DNA of 62,938 nt, counting the filler, from Aduncisulcus paluster (Eukaryota): the NCBI GenBank assembly GCA_024181965.1. It is 6 parts of 6 records of this genome, joined end to end, with 100 filler letters (N's around TTAATTAATTAA, not from the genome) between each part and the next. Parts side by side here need not be neighbours in the genome. Positions count along the whole stretch, not along the records: positions 9,687 to 37,475 come from BQXS01011084.1; positions 37,576 to 41,567 come from BQXS01011086.1; positions 41,668 to 50,475 come from BQXS01011087.1; 3 more parts are not named here. One strand, written 5' to 3'. The notes beneath the pieces are model-generated. The model saw nothing but the letters and a program-made list of their open reading frames with translations. It was not told where the DNA came from and did no database searches. Position numbers and translations under genes: made by a program. Shown here piece after piece: positions 33,659-46,602 of this stretch. The stretch's first letter is position 1; each line of letters opens with the position of its first letter.

Positions 33659-35035
33659 ATGACCAATTTACTCGCTGTTGTCATTAGTGTGCTAGAAGTT
33701 GAAGCACAAATCATTCTCATTGTTCTTGTCGGTATCCTTTCTTCATCTCTTAAATTGATTGGCCGAAAGGGTATATATGCACTTAATCGATTTTCAACGT
33801 ATATTTCTGCTCCCGCTGTTTTTCTTGTTAGACTCTCAAAAGTTGATTATTATTCATTAGATTATAAGATACTTGGTGCTTTTCTATGTGTCAGAATCAT
33901 TTATTGGCTTTTTTTCACGTTTATTTTGGTAATATCAGATAGATTTAGTCTCGTCAAACTCTTTAGTTATGCGGCCTCAGCAACTTGGGGAAATGATATT
34001 GTTATTGGAATACCCCTTGTTGTATCAGTTTTGGGTGAAGATGCAGAATATATTGCTTTAGCATCATCCCTCGTCGACCGACTCCTTACACTGCCATTTG
34101 CATGGGGAATAATGGAAATATTTCGATATAAACAAGAAAAAAAACGAAAAGAGTGTGGATATGGAGATTATGCTAAAGAAATTACCCTTGAAGAGTCTCA
34201 ATCAGAGGCCCGAATTAATAGTCCAGAAAAAACATTAAAAGATGGGAAACAATCAATTGAAATGCAACCAACAGTGACAAAACGGATCCATTTCACAGAT
34301 ATTGAAGTCCATCATAGACCCATTGATAAGGAAGAGGAAGTATTCATGGATCTTCCACCTTCTCCAGGGATCATCAAAAATAATAATCTTATCCGTCCAC
34401 AATCTCCGCAAGATGAAATGAAAGTCAGAACACTCCTTGATTTATACATGGGAGAAGAGGAGGAGACTGATATTGTTTCGAAAGAAATTGAAGAAATTCC
34501 TATCTGTGAAAGTGTCCCAATCAAAATCATCGCAAAAATTCTATTTAAGAGAGTTGCATTACATCCTTTAATTATTGCAGCAGTTCTTGCTGTTATCATA
34601 TCCCTATGTCATGCAGAATTGCCTTCGGTTATCATTGCCCCAACAGCGGAAGCATTTTCAAACTGTATCACTGGAGTATCTCTATTTATTGTTGGTGCCA
34701 CTCTTCCAGAGCGGTTAAAAAGCTTAAGTGACCTCAAAGACAAAGAATTACTATTTAATGTTGGAATAAGATTATTATTTAAACACATTGTATCATTTCT
34801 ATTAACCATTGGCTTCGCATATCTTTTCGGGTTCAGCAATACTGTTTGTGTTGGCATTTGTCTCATTTCAGCGCTACCAATGGCTAGAACCGTATTTGGT
34901 ATTGCAACAGAATTTAATGTCTATGTGAAAGAGTTGTCTTTGGTTCTTCTTTTGGGGTTACTCGTCTTTATTCCTTTACTTCCTGCCCAAGCTGTTTTAG
35001 TGGCACTTTTGTGGCCGACAGAAACACCCATATAA
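33659..35035 (+). CDS. Auxin-efflux-carrier (AEC/Mem_trans; PIN/GPR155-like) transporter
   Basis: 5+5 TM segments around a ~140-aa hydrophilic loop. Motifs ALNRFSTYISAPA, GNDIVIGIPL, HPLIIAAVL, VSLFIVG and SALPMARTVFGIATEFNV. Confidence 0.85.
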   Translation: MTNLLAVVISVLEVEAQIILIVLVGILSSSLKLIGRKGIYALNRFSTYISAPAVFLVRLSKVDYYSLDYKILGAFLCVRIIYWLFFTFILVISDRFSLVKLFSYAASATWGNDIVIGIPLVVSVLGEDAEYIALASSLVDRLLTLPFAWGIMEIFRYKQEKKRKECGYGDYAKEITLEESQSEARINSPEKTLKDGKQSIEMQPTVTKRIHFTDIEVHHRPIDKEEEVFMDLPPSPGIIKNNNLIRPQSPQDEMKVRTLLDLYMGEEEETDIVSKEIEEIPICESVPIKIIAKILFKRVALHPLIIAAVLAVIISLCHAELPSVIIAPTAEAFSNCITGVSLFIVGATLPERLKSLSDLKDKELLFNVGIRLLFKHIVSFLLTIGFAYLFGFSNTVCVGICLISALPMARTVFGIATEFNVYVKELSLVLLLGLLVFIPLLPAQAVLVALLWPTETPI

Positions 35036-35274
35036 TCTGAATAAAAATATGGCATAATTTGAATTTGTCATGTTTGCTTAACCAACCAATAAAAACTTTA
35101 AATGTACTATTTATAGAATTATAAAATTTTATTTATTATAATAATTATTAATACATTATAATAATATTAAATAATAAACAAATTATAAAATAGAATAATA
35201 TATTTCTAAAATTAGATATTTTAGCGATACCAAAAAATAAAAAAATCCAAATCTTCGCCCACAAATTATTTAAA

Positions 35275-36309
35275 ATGAAAAAAATCCCCGATAAATCCCC
35301 CACAAGTTCTAATGATAGCGTTATTCAAGCAACTGAAACTGAAATATTTAATCCGGTTCGTGAAATTGAGGCAAAAGTGCGACAGATTGTATCCAAACAT
35401 CATTCAAAGTGTAAAAGTCTTCCATTAGTTAGTACATATTCAGAAATGATTAAACAGAGGGAGGAAGAAAGGAAATTATTTCTCAAAGAGGAGATGAAAC
35501 AAATTGAAAAGAAAAAAGTTCAACTCCCTGGCCAACGAAAGTTTGAAAAGAAAGTCACAGAGAGCTTTGCAAAAAAATGCACTGAAAAATCAATAATTAA
35601 GAAAATGAGAGAGCGAAACTCATCAGAACCAAACCCATCTTCCAAACAGTCCTTTACTCCGTCAGAAACACCAAAATCATATAGAGTACTATCTTCAACC
35701 AAATTAGGATTGTCTCAAAATTATTCTCGTCTTCATACCATCATCAAACAGATGTACAAATTAAAGGAGATGATGCTTGAGCATTTTGACCTTGCTTTAT
35801 ATAAAAAATCACGCTCAATACCTCTATTCAAAGCAGCATATGATACAATGGAAAGTATTTTGCAACAATATTTGGAATATGCTACAACAAAGAATTTCTC
35901 TCTTCTAAGAAAGGAGGAGACAATCCAATATTTAACTCCAACTGAATTAAAATTGAAATTAAAACCTTCTGATCAAAAGAATGATGAATCCATTGATGAT
36001 TCTAAAGAGAAGGAAGATATTTTGAAATATGCTGCTGGTCACAAAGTGAATATGTTTTTTGTTGGAGATTCATACTATGCAATTCCTGAAACTATAAAGC
36101 CACGAGATGGACCGAAAGATTCGTGCGACCTCCCATTTATTACCCAGTTCGAACAAGACGCAACTCGCTCAAGAATTGGATGGCTTTCTAAATTATCGAA
36201 AGAAATCAAATCTTTCCCTCCTTTAAATAATTATGACGTGTTTTTTGAATTTCGCAAGATTTATTCTTCTGTAGCTGAAAGATTATGCAAAAAACTTGAG
36301 ATGGAATAA
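35275..36309 (+). CDS. Hypothetical protein (344 aa, Lys/Glu-rich)
   Basis: Long ATG-initiated ORF between AT-rich spacers. No recognised domain. Confidence 0.7.
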   Translation: MKKIPDKSPTSSNDSVIQATETEIFNPVREIEAKVRQIVSKHHSKCKSLPLVSTYSEMIKQREEERKLFLKEEMKQIEKKKVQLPGQRKFEKKVTESFAKKCTEKSIIKKMRERNSSEPNPSSKQSFTPSETPKSYRVLSSTKLGLSQNYSRLHTIIKQMYKLKEMMLEHFDLALYKKSRSIPLFKAAYDTMESILQQYLEYATTKNFSLLRKEETIQYLTPTELKLKLKPSDQKNDESIDDSKEKEDILKYAAGHKVNMFFVGDSYYAIPETIKPRDGPKDSCDLPFITQFEQDATRSRIGWLSKLSKEIKSFPPLNNYDVFFEFRKIYSSVAERLCKKLEME

Positions 36310-36464
36310 AATGGAAAAAGATTTCTTTGTATTATTAAGAATTTGAGTTATACAAAGTGATATTATATGAAATAAGCGAACACCTTATTGAAGAACAGCC
36401 GATTTTCAAAAAGGACAGAAATTCACCCAGTTTGGTTTTCAAATACTATTTCATTTTGAGCTAA

Positions 36465-37475
36465 ATGGAGTTCTCAGTATATATTGATAATTTATTGCTG
36501 CTGTCTCCAGCTCTTTCAATTAAAAAAGCTTCTGCCTCCGAAATTGATAAGTCCTCGATTGGAATTAAGTGTAGATGTGTCATTACGATAAAAGCTCCTG
36601 GACAACAATTATATGAAGTTAAAAGCGATGAATTTATTATGTTTCCTGATTGTTCACCAGATTCTCCACCTTTACATATTCTCTTCCAAAAACATTCAGA
36701 ACCAATATTTGTAAAATCTCCAACATCAAAAATTGTACTAGAAGTTCGAACCTACAAAGCTGATGGAACTTGTGAATCATTTGAAGGTATATGTATCATT
36801 TCTTGCGAGCATTCTGAAAAGCCAATAACCGGAATTTTAAAGAATACAATTGATACAAAAGGATCTTTAACCATTATATTAAATCCATATAAACGCAATA
36901 CTGGTGGGATATGGCTTCCGAAATCTGCATCGGAATCAAAACCACACATATTAGATAAACCCAAAGATAAACCTCAATTCAAACAAAAAAAAGAACACAA
37001 ATCTCAGCCATTAAAACCAAAATCTCATTTTAAAACATCGCCCCCAGTGATAAAGCATGTTTCTCCCAAATCCCCCCTTCCAATTATTAAAAATGAATTA
37101 TTTTCACTGTCAATTGAGATTAAAGTTCTTGAAATGCCAATTGGATCGACCCATGCACTTCTTGAAGGGTTATTTTCTCTATTTCCTTCTAAATTGCTAT
37201 TTCAAGAGTCTTGTGGCTGTGATTATCCGATGACCACCAATTATGATACAATTAAGCGTTCGTTATACCAAAAGAAGCTTCCCATTTCCTTTTCCCAATT
37301 AAGAAGTTGCGGGAAAGCTCCTCCCTTGTTACTTTCATCCAAAAAAACCTCTACCAAACGGTTGTTTTATCAATTTAAATCTCAAACTCTAATTTCCCCT
37401 CCCTTTTCTCTTCCTCATCTTCTCTTGCCAGAAACATTTGAATCTCTGTCACCGTTGGCTGGTCTTTTGGTCTTT
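36465..37475 (+). CDS. Hypothetical protein, 3'-partial (possible N-terminal C2-like beta domain)
   Basis: ORF runs to the contig end. The first ~140 aa have an alternating beta-strand pattern. Confidence 0.65.
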
Positions 37476-37575
37476 NNNNNNNNNNNNNNNNNNNNNNNNN
37501 NNNNNNNNNNNNNNNNNNNTTAATTAATTAANNNNNNNNNNNNNNNNNNNNNNNNNNNNNNNNNNNNNNNNNNNN
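37476..37575. other. Artificial contig linker
   Basis: N44-TTAATTAATTAA-N44. Confidence 0.99.
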
Positions 37576-37577
37576 AA

Positions 37578-38303
37578 GGACGTGATTGGCGGGAAAAGGA
37601 TAGTTTTAAAATAGAATCTCTCGTTTTCTTTCGAAAAGAAACCCTTGAAGAAGCTTTTGCTCGTGAAGCTAGAAATAGAGAGAAACTCTGGTCTGAAGCC
37701 ATTTCTGTGAAACCAAAGATTATAAAAGATGAAGATGTAGAATTTGAACCTGTTGGTTCCGATTTTCCTGATTTTGATTGTTCAACTGTAATTAAGCCTT
37801 CATTTTCAATGGTTAAGGGATCTAATTTAACGCGAATTATGGACTCTAAGCGGTATGTTTCTTCCCAAAAGTTGTTAGAAAAAGGATGTAGGTTTGAGCG
37901 AGCAACCGAGTATGAATCGGTTTTATTATCCCATCTTTCTATTCCTTTTTCGTCTCCTAGCCATGTGAAAGGTGCTTATATCTGTGTGGGAATGTATCAC
38001 GTTCCAAGGTCACTTCTCTTCATTTTCTCTGATTCTGATGGAAAGAGAGTGTGCAAGAAATATGAATTTGTTGAACCAGAAAATCTTTTTATTTGGTTCT
38101 TCCTTCCTATTAATTTGTTGAATGTTGTTTTATGTGAAATTGAAGGGAAAGGGACATGGTCGGAGAGGAATAGTAGATGTTTCGAAATCTATTCCCTTGT
38201 TTTTACAATGCCAGATGAAAGTGAAATAATCGATCGATATTCCCAAGATATTACTGAATTATCTGTATCAAAGGATGAAAAAGAAAAAGAAAGTGAAGAA
38301 TGA
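37578..38303 (+). CDS. Repeat-module family gene, 5'-partial
   Basis: Frame open from the contig start (FKIESLVFFRKET...KLWSEA), then a full module SHLSIPFSSPSHVKGAYICV...KKYEF...WFFLPINLLNVVLCEIEGKGTW. Confidence 0.85.
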   Translation, partial: GRDWREKDSFKIESLVFFRKETLEEAFAREARNREKLWSEAISVKPKIIKDEDVEFEPVGSDFPDFDCSTVIKPSFSMVKGSNLTRIMDSKRYVSSQKLLEKGCRFERATEYESVLLSHLSIPFSSPSHVKGAYICVGMYHVPRSLLFIFSDSDGKRVCKKYEFVEPENLFIWFFLPINLLNVVLCEIEGKGTWSERNSRCFEIYSLVFTMPDESEIIDRYSQDITELSVSKDEKEKESEE

Positions 38304-38447
38304 TCATCGAAAATTGTTAAAGAAATATCTCAAAAGAGAAAACACTTTTCATTGTTGCATTTTCCATTGATTTTGACTCAATACATGCAATTTATCCCCC
38401 ATTTTCTAGGATATTTCTTCGTTTTCTATGGATTTTGAAAAGCGGAA

Positions 38448-38476
38448 TTCTAAAAATAGAATTTCTAAAAATAGAA
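38448..38476 (+). promoter_or_regulatory. Tandem TTCTAAAAATAGAA x2 element
   Basis: Lies ~145 bp downstream of the family gene stop. Identical to the other two copies. Confidence 0.5.
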
Positions 38477-38885
38477 ATGTAAAAAATATTTTTGTTCCTT
38501 TCGCGGCATACGTGTCATTTATATTGGATTTTCTTCCCAGAAGTTGTGATTTATGGTAGTTTTCGTGTCTTGATGTGGATGAAGAAGGATTGTAGACATT
38601 TTGAGATTTCATCCTAGTTTTTATTAAGTCTTGATTGCCATTGTAAGATTAACAAATATGGTATTATTTAAACTGGCTTGAGCAGACCGTTGGAGCATGG
38701 ATCCAAATCACTATCATTATCGATTTATTAATTTATGGTTGGTTGGTTGCAACTATGATTGCTTCAATTTACAGAAAGAAATTACAAAAACAAAAAATAA
38801 CGAAACAAATATAACAGAATATAAATAAATATATAAAATAAAAATTAATGATTCATATTATATGAAATTAGTGTTTGAATGAAAT

Positions 38886-41567
38886 TCATTCATTGGATAA
38901 TTCAAGAGGAGGAAGTTTTTTCCAGCGATCTCCCTTCGATTGTTTAAGGGAACCCCGACGCAACGATTGCTCAGATTGGAGCTCTTTAATGGCATCTGAA
39001 GAGGATATTTCTTCATTCTCATCCATTTTACCATCATTGCTTGGTACTTTGTCCTTTCCCTCAGTTTCCTCCTCCTCTTCCTCCTCCTCTCCCTCTCCCT
39101 TCATAAGTTTAGTTTTCAGTGCAAGAATCACACCTTTCAGCTTTTTCGCAATTTTCTTCCGTCCTGTGACTGACATTGCTAACATCATAGCAACTAAAAA
39201 TACGACATTAAACACGATAGTGAGGCCTGCAAATACCATGAACACCCATCTCCCTGAAGAATTGCTTGACAAGACCTCTCCCAAACCGAGGGTAAGATAG
39301 CTTAAGGCCAAGATATCAAACGACCAAATAGTCATTTGGTTTTCAGAGTCCTCTTCAAATGGAGAATATTTCCAGAATATAATCCTAAACAAAACGAGGA
39401 CAATCGCAGTCCCAAATATTTGGATAGTTCCACCATCAACAACCTCAATAAGAATCTGCAACAGTTGTCTAAATAGCAACAAACCAATTAAGAACCACGT
39501 AAAACCATCCTTAAGACCTTCCATGATAGGCAAAGATCTACCAACTTGATGTTTTTTCCAAGCACAGAGCGAGACAAAAAGAGGAACAAAAATAAAGTTA
39601 AATATAAAAATAGCAATGGCAACATAGCATAACAGTTTCCACTGGAAATCACTCAACCTAATATTGGGATCATACAACCATATATATTCACTCTGTGTTG
39701 GATCTGATCCCGAAGGATTTCCAAGTTTAAACACCCTAAATACATATGCGGCCGATTCCGTTGAGATCATCAAGAATAATTCACACAAAATAGAGAACAG
39801 AATGGAGGCATCGAAGACACTAAACATCGAGGAGAGCTTAGCCATTATCTTGGCCATACCACAGAGAGAAAAGATAATAAAAAGAGTGGGCCACAACATA
39901 TTGAGAAGAGTCATCAAAAACGGGGTAAAAGAATTCGGGAAGAGACACATGATTCCAACTGAGAATAATTGGGGAGTCAAATCAATGCAGTCAAGAGTCA
40001 AGATACCAAAGTTAATACTCCACGGAGCACCAATAAGGATTTGCCAATGACACAGCAAGAGTGAAAGACAGGTCGCCACACTAAGCATCTTATCATCCTC
40101 ATCCTCCTCTTCCTCCTCTTCTTCTTCCTCCCCAACTTCTTCCATCTGTTCCTCCTCTTCTTCTTCCTCTTCTTCTCCTCTCTCCATTCCTTCCTCTTCT
40201 TCTTTCCTCCTCCTCCTCTTCTTGCATCGTTGAGCGAGGTTGAATATCGTTAGAAACATTTGTAATCTGTTCAACAGTCGAAACATCAACCTTGGAGCCA
40301 TCAACATGATCCACAGACGTTGTTTGAATAGACTCTGATTCAGAACTGTCACCATATGCGACTGCTACACTGGCCCTTGAAAGTGGAGTGAGTCTTCCTG
40401 TTGAGGGCTGCATCACCAGCAAGGAAGATGAGGATTTCAAGGAAGAAGAAGTGGATCGAAGCGAAGAAGAGGAACGAAGAATAGGACGCGAGGAAATAGT
40501 ATTCTCGATCTCTTGGCTTTCAATATACAACGATAGTTCAGAAACACTCACACAGGGACTCATCCCAACCGGAAGTGGAGAAATAGAGCCATCAGAACGG
40601 ACAGGTTTAGCTATACATGGTGCTGAAGCACTGGTGACAATGGACTCGGAATGGATTGGTTGATCAGGAGATTCAATATTGATATTCTGCACTTCGCCAT
40701 CTCTTTCCTCTTCCTCCTCTTCCTCCTCTTCCCCTTCTTCGTCTTCATCGTCTGTTAAATCTTTAGCAACACTGAGGCAAGCATAGATAGTGAATACAAT
40801 CTGGATTGTCAATAATCCCCCAAAAGTAAATGCTGTAAACACAGCATTCCCACATTCTTCACAAGAGTCATTAACTTGCCCTCTGACCCAACTGGAATCA
40901 CAGGAAAGACACATGAGACCCCCATGTCCTTCCTCACACGCTCCATCGATCAACTCAGGAGTCATAACATAATCATTGGCTTCAAGGAGAGCCTCAGAAC
41001 CAACACACATTCCATCAATAGGACACTCATGGTGGATGACAGTACCATCAGAACGGAGAACAATGGCGCCAGTATCTGCATCAAGCCATGTCCAATAGCC
41101 AGAATCACTCCCAATCGACCCTCCATTATGACAGTTAGCCCCATCAGGACAAGGATGACACAGAGCACCAGTTTCATAAACTCCCTTGTACGTACTGGGA
41201 CCATTACAAGTAATGCACATGGCACGGAAGGCATTATCACCGGATACCTGGAGAGCTGAGTCGATATTACACGTGTCAAGGTAAAGGGAGAGACGATAAG
41301 CATTCATTTCATTTCCGTATAGTTTAATGAACGCCCAGCCATGCGTATCCTCCTTGATGGCAGCAATACTAATGTTCTGTTCAACCGAATGTGCAGCGCT
41401 TGAGAGAGAGGAGTCATATTGATAGAATATTGGCGATATTGCAGAAGAATTGAATGTGTCGTCATCCGAAGATGTTGCAACGGTAACAAATATCCCATCT
41501 TCACTGAGAGCAACTGTGGGTTCCATAAAATACGAATACAAATAAATTGTGACTGGATAATCGTATG
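38886..41567 (-). CDS. Cys-rich ectodomain plus multi-pass membrane protein, 5'-partial, with a 1-nt frameshift near 40203
   Basis: CHPCPDGANCHNGG..GYW..C..GHGGLMCLSC ectodomain, one TM, an acidic loop, then ~7 TM segments. Removing one A in the poly-Glu tract (GAGGAAAGAAGAA) fuses ORFs 40099..41541 and 38886..40355. Confidence 0.75.
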
Positions 41568-41667
41568 NNNNNNNNNNNNNNNNNNNNNNNNNNNNNNNNN
41601 NNNNNNNNNNNTTAATTAATTAANNNNNNNNNNNNNNNNNNNNNNNNNNNNNNNNNNNNNNNNNNNN
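41568..41667. other. Artificial contig linker
   Basis: N44-TTAATTAATTAA-N44. Confidence 0.99.
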
Positions 41668-42175
41668 GCCCGGTGATTTTTTTCACCTTCTTTCGAGCCG
41701 CTAATCTTTCTCGAATATCAGTAGTGCTCACACTAGAAGGGGACGCTGTTGTTGATCCTGAATCTCGAGCATGAAGTTTATCAGATCTAAATTTAGATTT
41801 GGTTGGCTTGGACATACTTGACAAGTATTTTTCAAGAGAAGACTGAATTTTGTCCAATTTGGACACATCATGATTGTTGGTAATAGATTTAACATCTTCC
41901 TCATGAGATTCAATGAAATGATTAACGAGATTCTTCAAAAAATTTTCGAAAACTCTCTGCTCGATTGGAAGAGACTTATCATAGGCAATTAAAAATACAA
42001 GAGATAGAGTATTATGAATTATCCACTGATAGACATTATTTCCATCTGTGATACGCTGCTTTTTATAACGTTGTTCAAAGTGAAAAGGAAGATCTCTATA
42101 TTCACCTTCAACAAAGGTTTTTTTGAATAAGACCAATCCACCGAAGTGAAATATCGATATGTAATCAATAAACAT
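41668..42175 (-). CDS. SRPRA: SRP receptor alpha subunit, N-terminal SRX/longin domain, 3'-partial
   Basis: MFIDYISIFHFGGLVLF...YQWIIHNTLSLVFLIAYDKSL matches the SR-alpha N-terminal pattern. Truncated by the contig end. Confidence 0.75.
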
Positions 42176-42385
42176 TAGAAATTAATTTCCAATAAACTAG
42201 ATTCGTTCCAAATCGATGCATTTTAGGAAATTTTATGATTGAGGTACAATAGTGGGAACAAAACCATTAGGCCATATAAAAGTAATTACATATCCTATTT
42301 CATAAAATTAATCAGATAAATTTGACGATATATTTATCATTGTATCATTCTTTCGTTTCTTGTCACACATATCATTGATTATACA

Positions 42386-43093
42386 ATGCAGGAATCAGCA
42401 TATTCATTTTCTTTGACTACATTCTCCCCTTCAGGAAAGTTAGGTCAGATTGACCACGCTTTTGCCGCTGTTGCTGGTGGATCAACTTCAATTGGTATTA
42501 AAGCTGTTGATGGCGTCGTCCTTGCCGCTGAAAAAAAGATAAGATCGGAATTAATTGAAAAAGAATCTGTTATAAAGGTTGCTAAACTCTCTAAATATTG
42601 TGGTGTTACATATGCTGGTATGGGACCTGATTTTAGGGTTCTTTTGAAAGAGGGTCGTAAAGATGCAGAGGCTTATCGTGTTAGATTTGGCGAAGAATGC
42701 CCAGTCAGTGAGGTTTCAAGGAATTTGGCACAGGTTATGCAAGAATACACTCAAAGTGGAGGTGTGCGTCCATTCGGGTGTTCTCTTCTTGTTATTGGTA
42801 AAGAAGCTGATGGAAAGCCTGGATTATTCCAAGTTGATCCCAGTGGATCCTTTTTCGCCTGGAAAGCTGCCTGTGTTGGTCACGGTGCCTCTGATGCTCA
42901 ATCATACTTGGAAAAACGATACGAAGAAAAACTCGGGCTTGATGACGCAATTCACATCGCATTACTTACACTTCAAGAATCATTTGATGGAAAATTAACC
43001 CCAGAATCATGCGAAATTGGTGTTTGTGGAGGGAAATATGGTAGTGAATTCAGAAGACTAACTATGGAAGAAATTGATGAATATTTGAGTTGA
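42386..43093 (+). CDS. PSMA2: 20S proteasome subunit alpha-2
   Basis: YSFSLTTFSPSGKL, YAGMGPDFRVL, VMQEYTQSGGVRPFG, QVDPSGSFFAWKA. Confidence 0.96.
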   Translation: MQESAYSFSLTTFSPSGKLGQIDHAFAAVAGGSTSIGIKAVDGVVLAAEKKIRSELIEKESVIKVAKLSKYCGVTYAGMGPDFRVLLKEGRKDAEAYRVRFGEECPVSEVSRNLAQVMQEYTQSGGVRPFGCSLLVIGKEADGKPGLFQVDPSGSFFAWKAACVGHGASDAQSYLEKRYEEKLGLDDAIHIALLTLQESFDGKLTPESCEIGVCGGKYGSEFRRLTMEEIDEYLS

Positions 43094-43167
43094 TTCGATA
43101 AGATATTATATGAAAATAAAGAGTTAAAGGTAATTTAGTGGCCAATTCTAATGTTATTTGCATATTT

Positions 43168-44157
43168 TTATTTCACTGGACAAACTCGATCCTTATCAAC
43201 ATATAACTCTTCAAAAACTCTCTTTCTCTCTGCTTCAACCTCCTTAAGAATATCTGAAACGCGTCTACGCTCTTCTCTTGCAAACTCTCCAGCAATATCG
43301 ACAATATCACCCATTGAGTCAATTTTTATACCAGTTCCTCCACAAACACGCATTCCAATGAGCTCTTTTTGGGCATTGCACACACATATAAGAGTATTTT
43401 CAGCCAATTTGGTCTCTTCAATAAGGGGATCAATCACATATGGCTCTGGAATGGAGCCAACAGCTTCTGGTAATAGATAACAAAACTCAGAACCGAATGG
43501 AGTCATAATTAATGTAATGGGGTTTGGAATTCTTTCTTTTTCTTCAAATATTTTAACTCTATCGCGTGTAATAATATTGCCATCATCATTAGTAACCTCT
43601 TCTTGGACCATTTCCCAATAAGGAACGCGAGCATTCATAAGCCCAGCAGTTCCAGCGGCAATAGCAACGGAACACACAGATCCCATGTTTCTCATTATTC
43701 GAATATCTAATGAAATAATAAAACACATTTTATGAGGCTTGATTACAAGAGATTCGAGATCGACAGCACAAGATCGTCCTTGGAAGGCTGAAGTGAGAAC
43801 ATCCCGAATCATATCCCTATCAGTATTTTCATCGTCTATGCATTGTTGAGAAAGTGATATAGAAAGAGATAATACACCAGCTCTGGGCCTGAACGGACTA
43901 GGAACTCCAACTCGAACAGTCGTTCTACAGCTAACTCTATAAAAAGAGGATAAAAAATTCATTTATATTAATATAAATTAGTTTTTGAAATGATTACATT
44001 CAAAAAAAAATATTTAGACATACATAGTCCCGCAAGATTGAACAATAACACTATCTTTATGAAAACTGTATTTTAGCGGTCTTCGCTCATGCCATTTCCT
44101 TCCATCAATTCGTATTCTTTCCTTTAAAGCCTGTAGGATAAACTCTTTTGAAGCCAT
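43168..44157 (-). CDS. RRP45: RNA exosome RNase PH subunit, RRP45-like, 2 exons
   Basis: Exon 1 44157-44024 (MASKEFILQALKERIRIDGR), intron 44023-43937 (GTATGT..TAG), exon 2 with PSPFRPRAG and AVDLESLVI. RRP42 or RRP43 cannot be fully excluded. Confidence 0.75.
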
Positions 44158-44311
44158 CTAGCACCAAACAGTGATTGAGACAAAAAACAGGACTATCAAT
44201 GAAAAGTACACTTATAAGCCATTTATTGAATTTTATTCAGCTATTACACGCAAAATTTAAAATAAATATACCTAGATTCATCCAAAATTAAACTTTGAAA
44301 AAAATAGCAAG

Positions 44312-44948
44312 TTAATCATCATCAAATGAATCATCAGGTAACATCATTTCATCATCATCATCATCATCAAGAGCTATTCCTATATCGTCATCCATAGTAT
44401 CTCTCCCTCCCTCTCCGGGCAACAAATCATATTCATCTCTTGCAACATAGGAGTGGGAAGAACGATGACGTCCTTCTCCTTCCAGATCATCATCAAGTCC
44501 CGACGGGTCATAATCATCTATTTCTCCTCTTCTATGACTTAAAAGATCTCTTGCTGCTGCATCTTTCTCTTCATGTGCATCATCCAAAAATGAATGGTAA
44601 ATATCAGTTTGATGGATCATGCCGGGTTTAATGGGAATTTTTTTTGAGAATTCACATGCAGAACAAGATACAGTTGCAGAAGAACTCCTTCCTTGCCCCT
44701 TATCTTTAGCATCCCTTTAAAAAAGAAATTATTGAACGAAATAGGTTAAAATAGATATATAAAGAACAATTTTGTTCACAAAAGTTAACATAAAATTTGT
44801 TTATATTAAGTGAAAAGCAATAATATATGTCATACATTTTTATACCTATTGAACGATCAGCATTACAATAAGGACAATTAAAATGAGTAGGTAATTTAGT
44901 TGATTTTTGTGGTTTTGGGGGCTGCTTCCTCTTCCTTTTCTTTCCCAT
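44312..44948 (-). CDS. ELF1: Transcription elongation factor ELF1/ELOF1 with acidic tail, 2 exons
   Basis: MGKKRKRK...KLPTHFNCPYCN; intron 44835-44715 (GTATGA..AAG); then SCSAC...DIYHSFLD, in frame with ORF 44312..44620. Confidence 0.88.
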
Positions 44949-45143
44949 CGAGAACCAGAAGAAATGAATGTTTTGATCTTTCCGCTTTGATAAGTCAAAC
45001 AAAATGGATTTGATGTCATTTTATTTTGTTAAATAACAGTGATAAAAAGAGGATAAATATTATTTTAAGCGAAATATTAACTAATAAAACAAAATGATTT
45101 TCGCCGATTGGAATGTTTGATTTTGCTTCAGACATTCAGGTAG

Positions 45144-46538
<1,395 letters not shown>

Positions 46539-46602
46539 ATTATTCAGTAACGTGTATTATTATAATATTCTTGATGATAAGGTTAAAATTAAAACAAGAT
46601 GA

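Noticed and set aside
35204-35216. Another CTA(A/T)4TAG match (CTAAAATTAG)
   Set aside because: It is a single variant copy in an extremely AT-rich spacer, not near a family gene, and plausible by chance.
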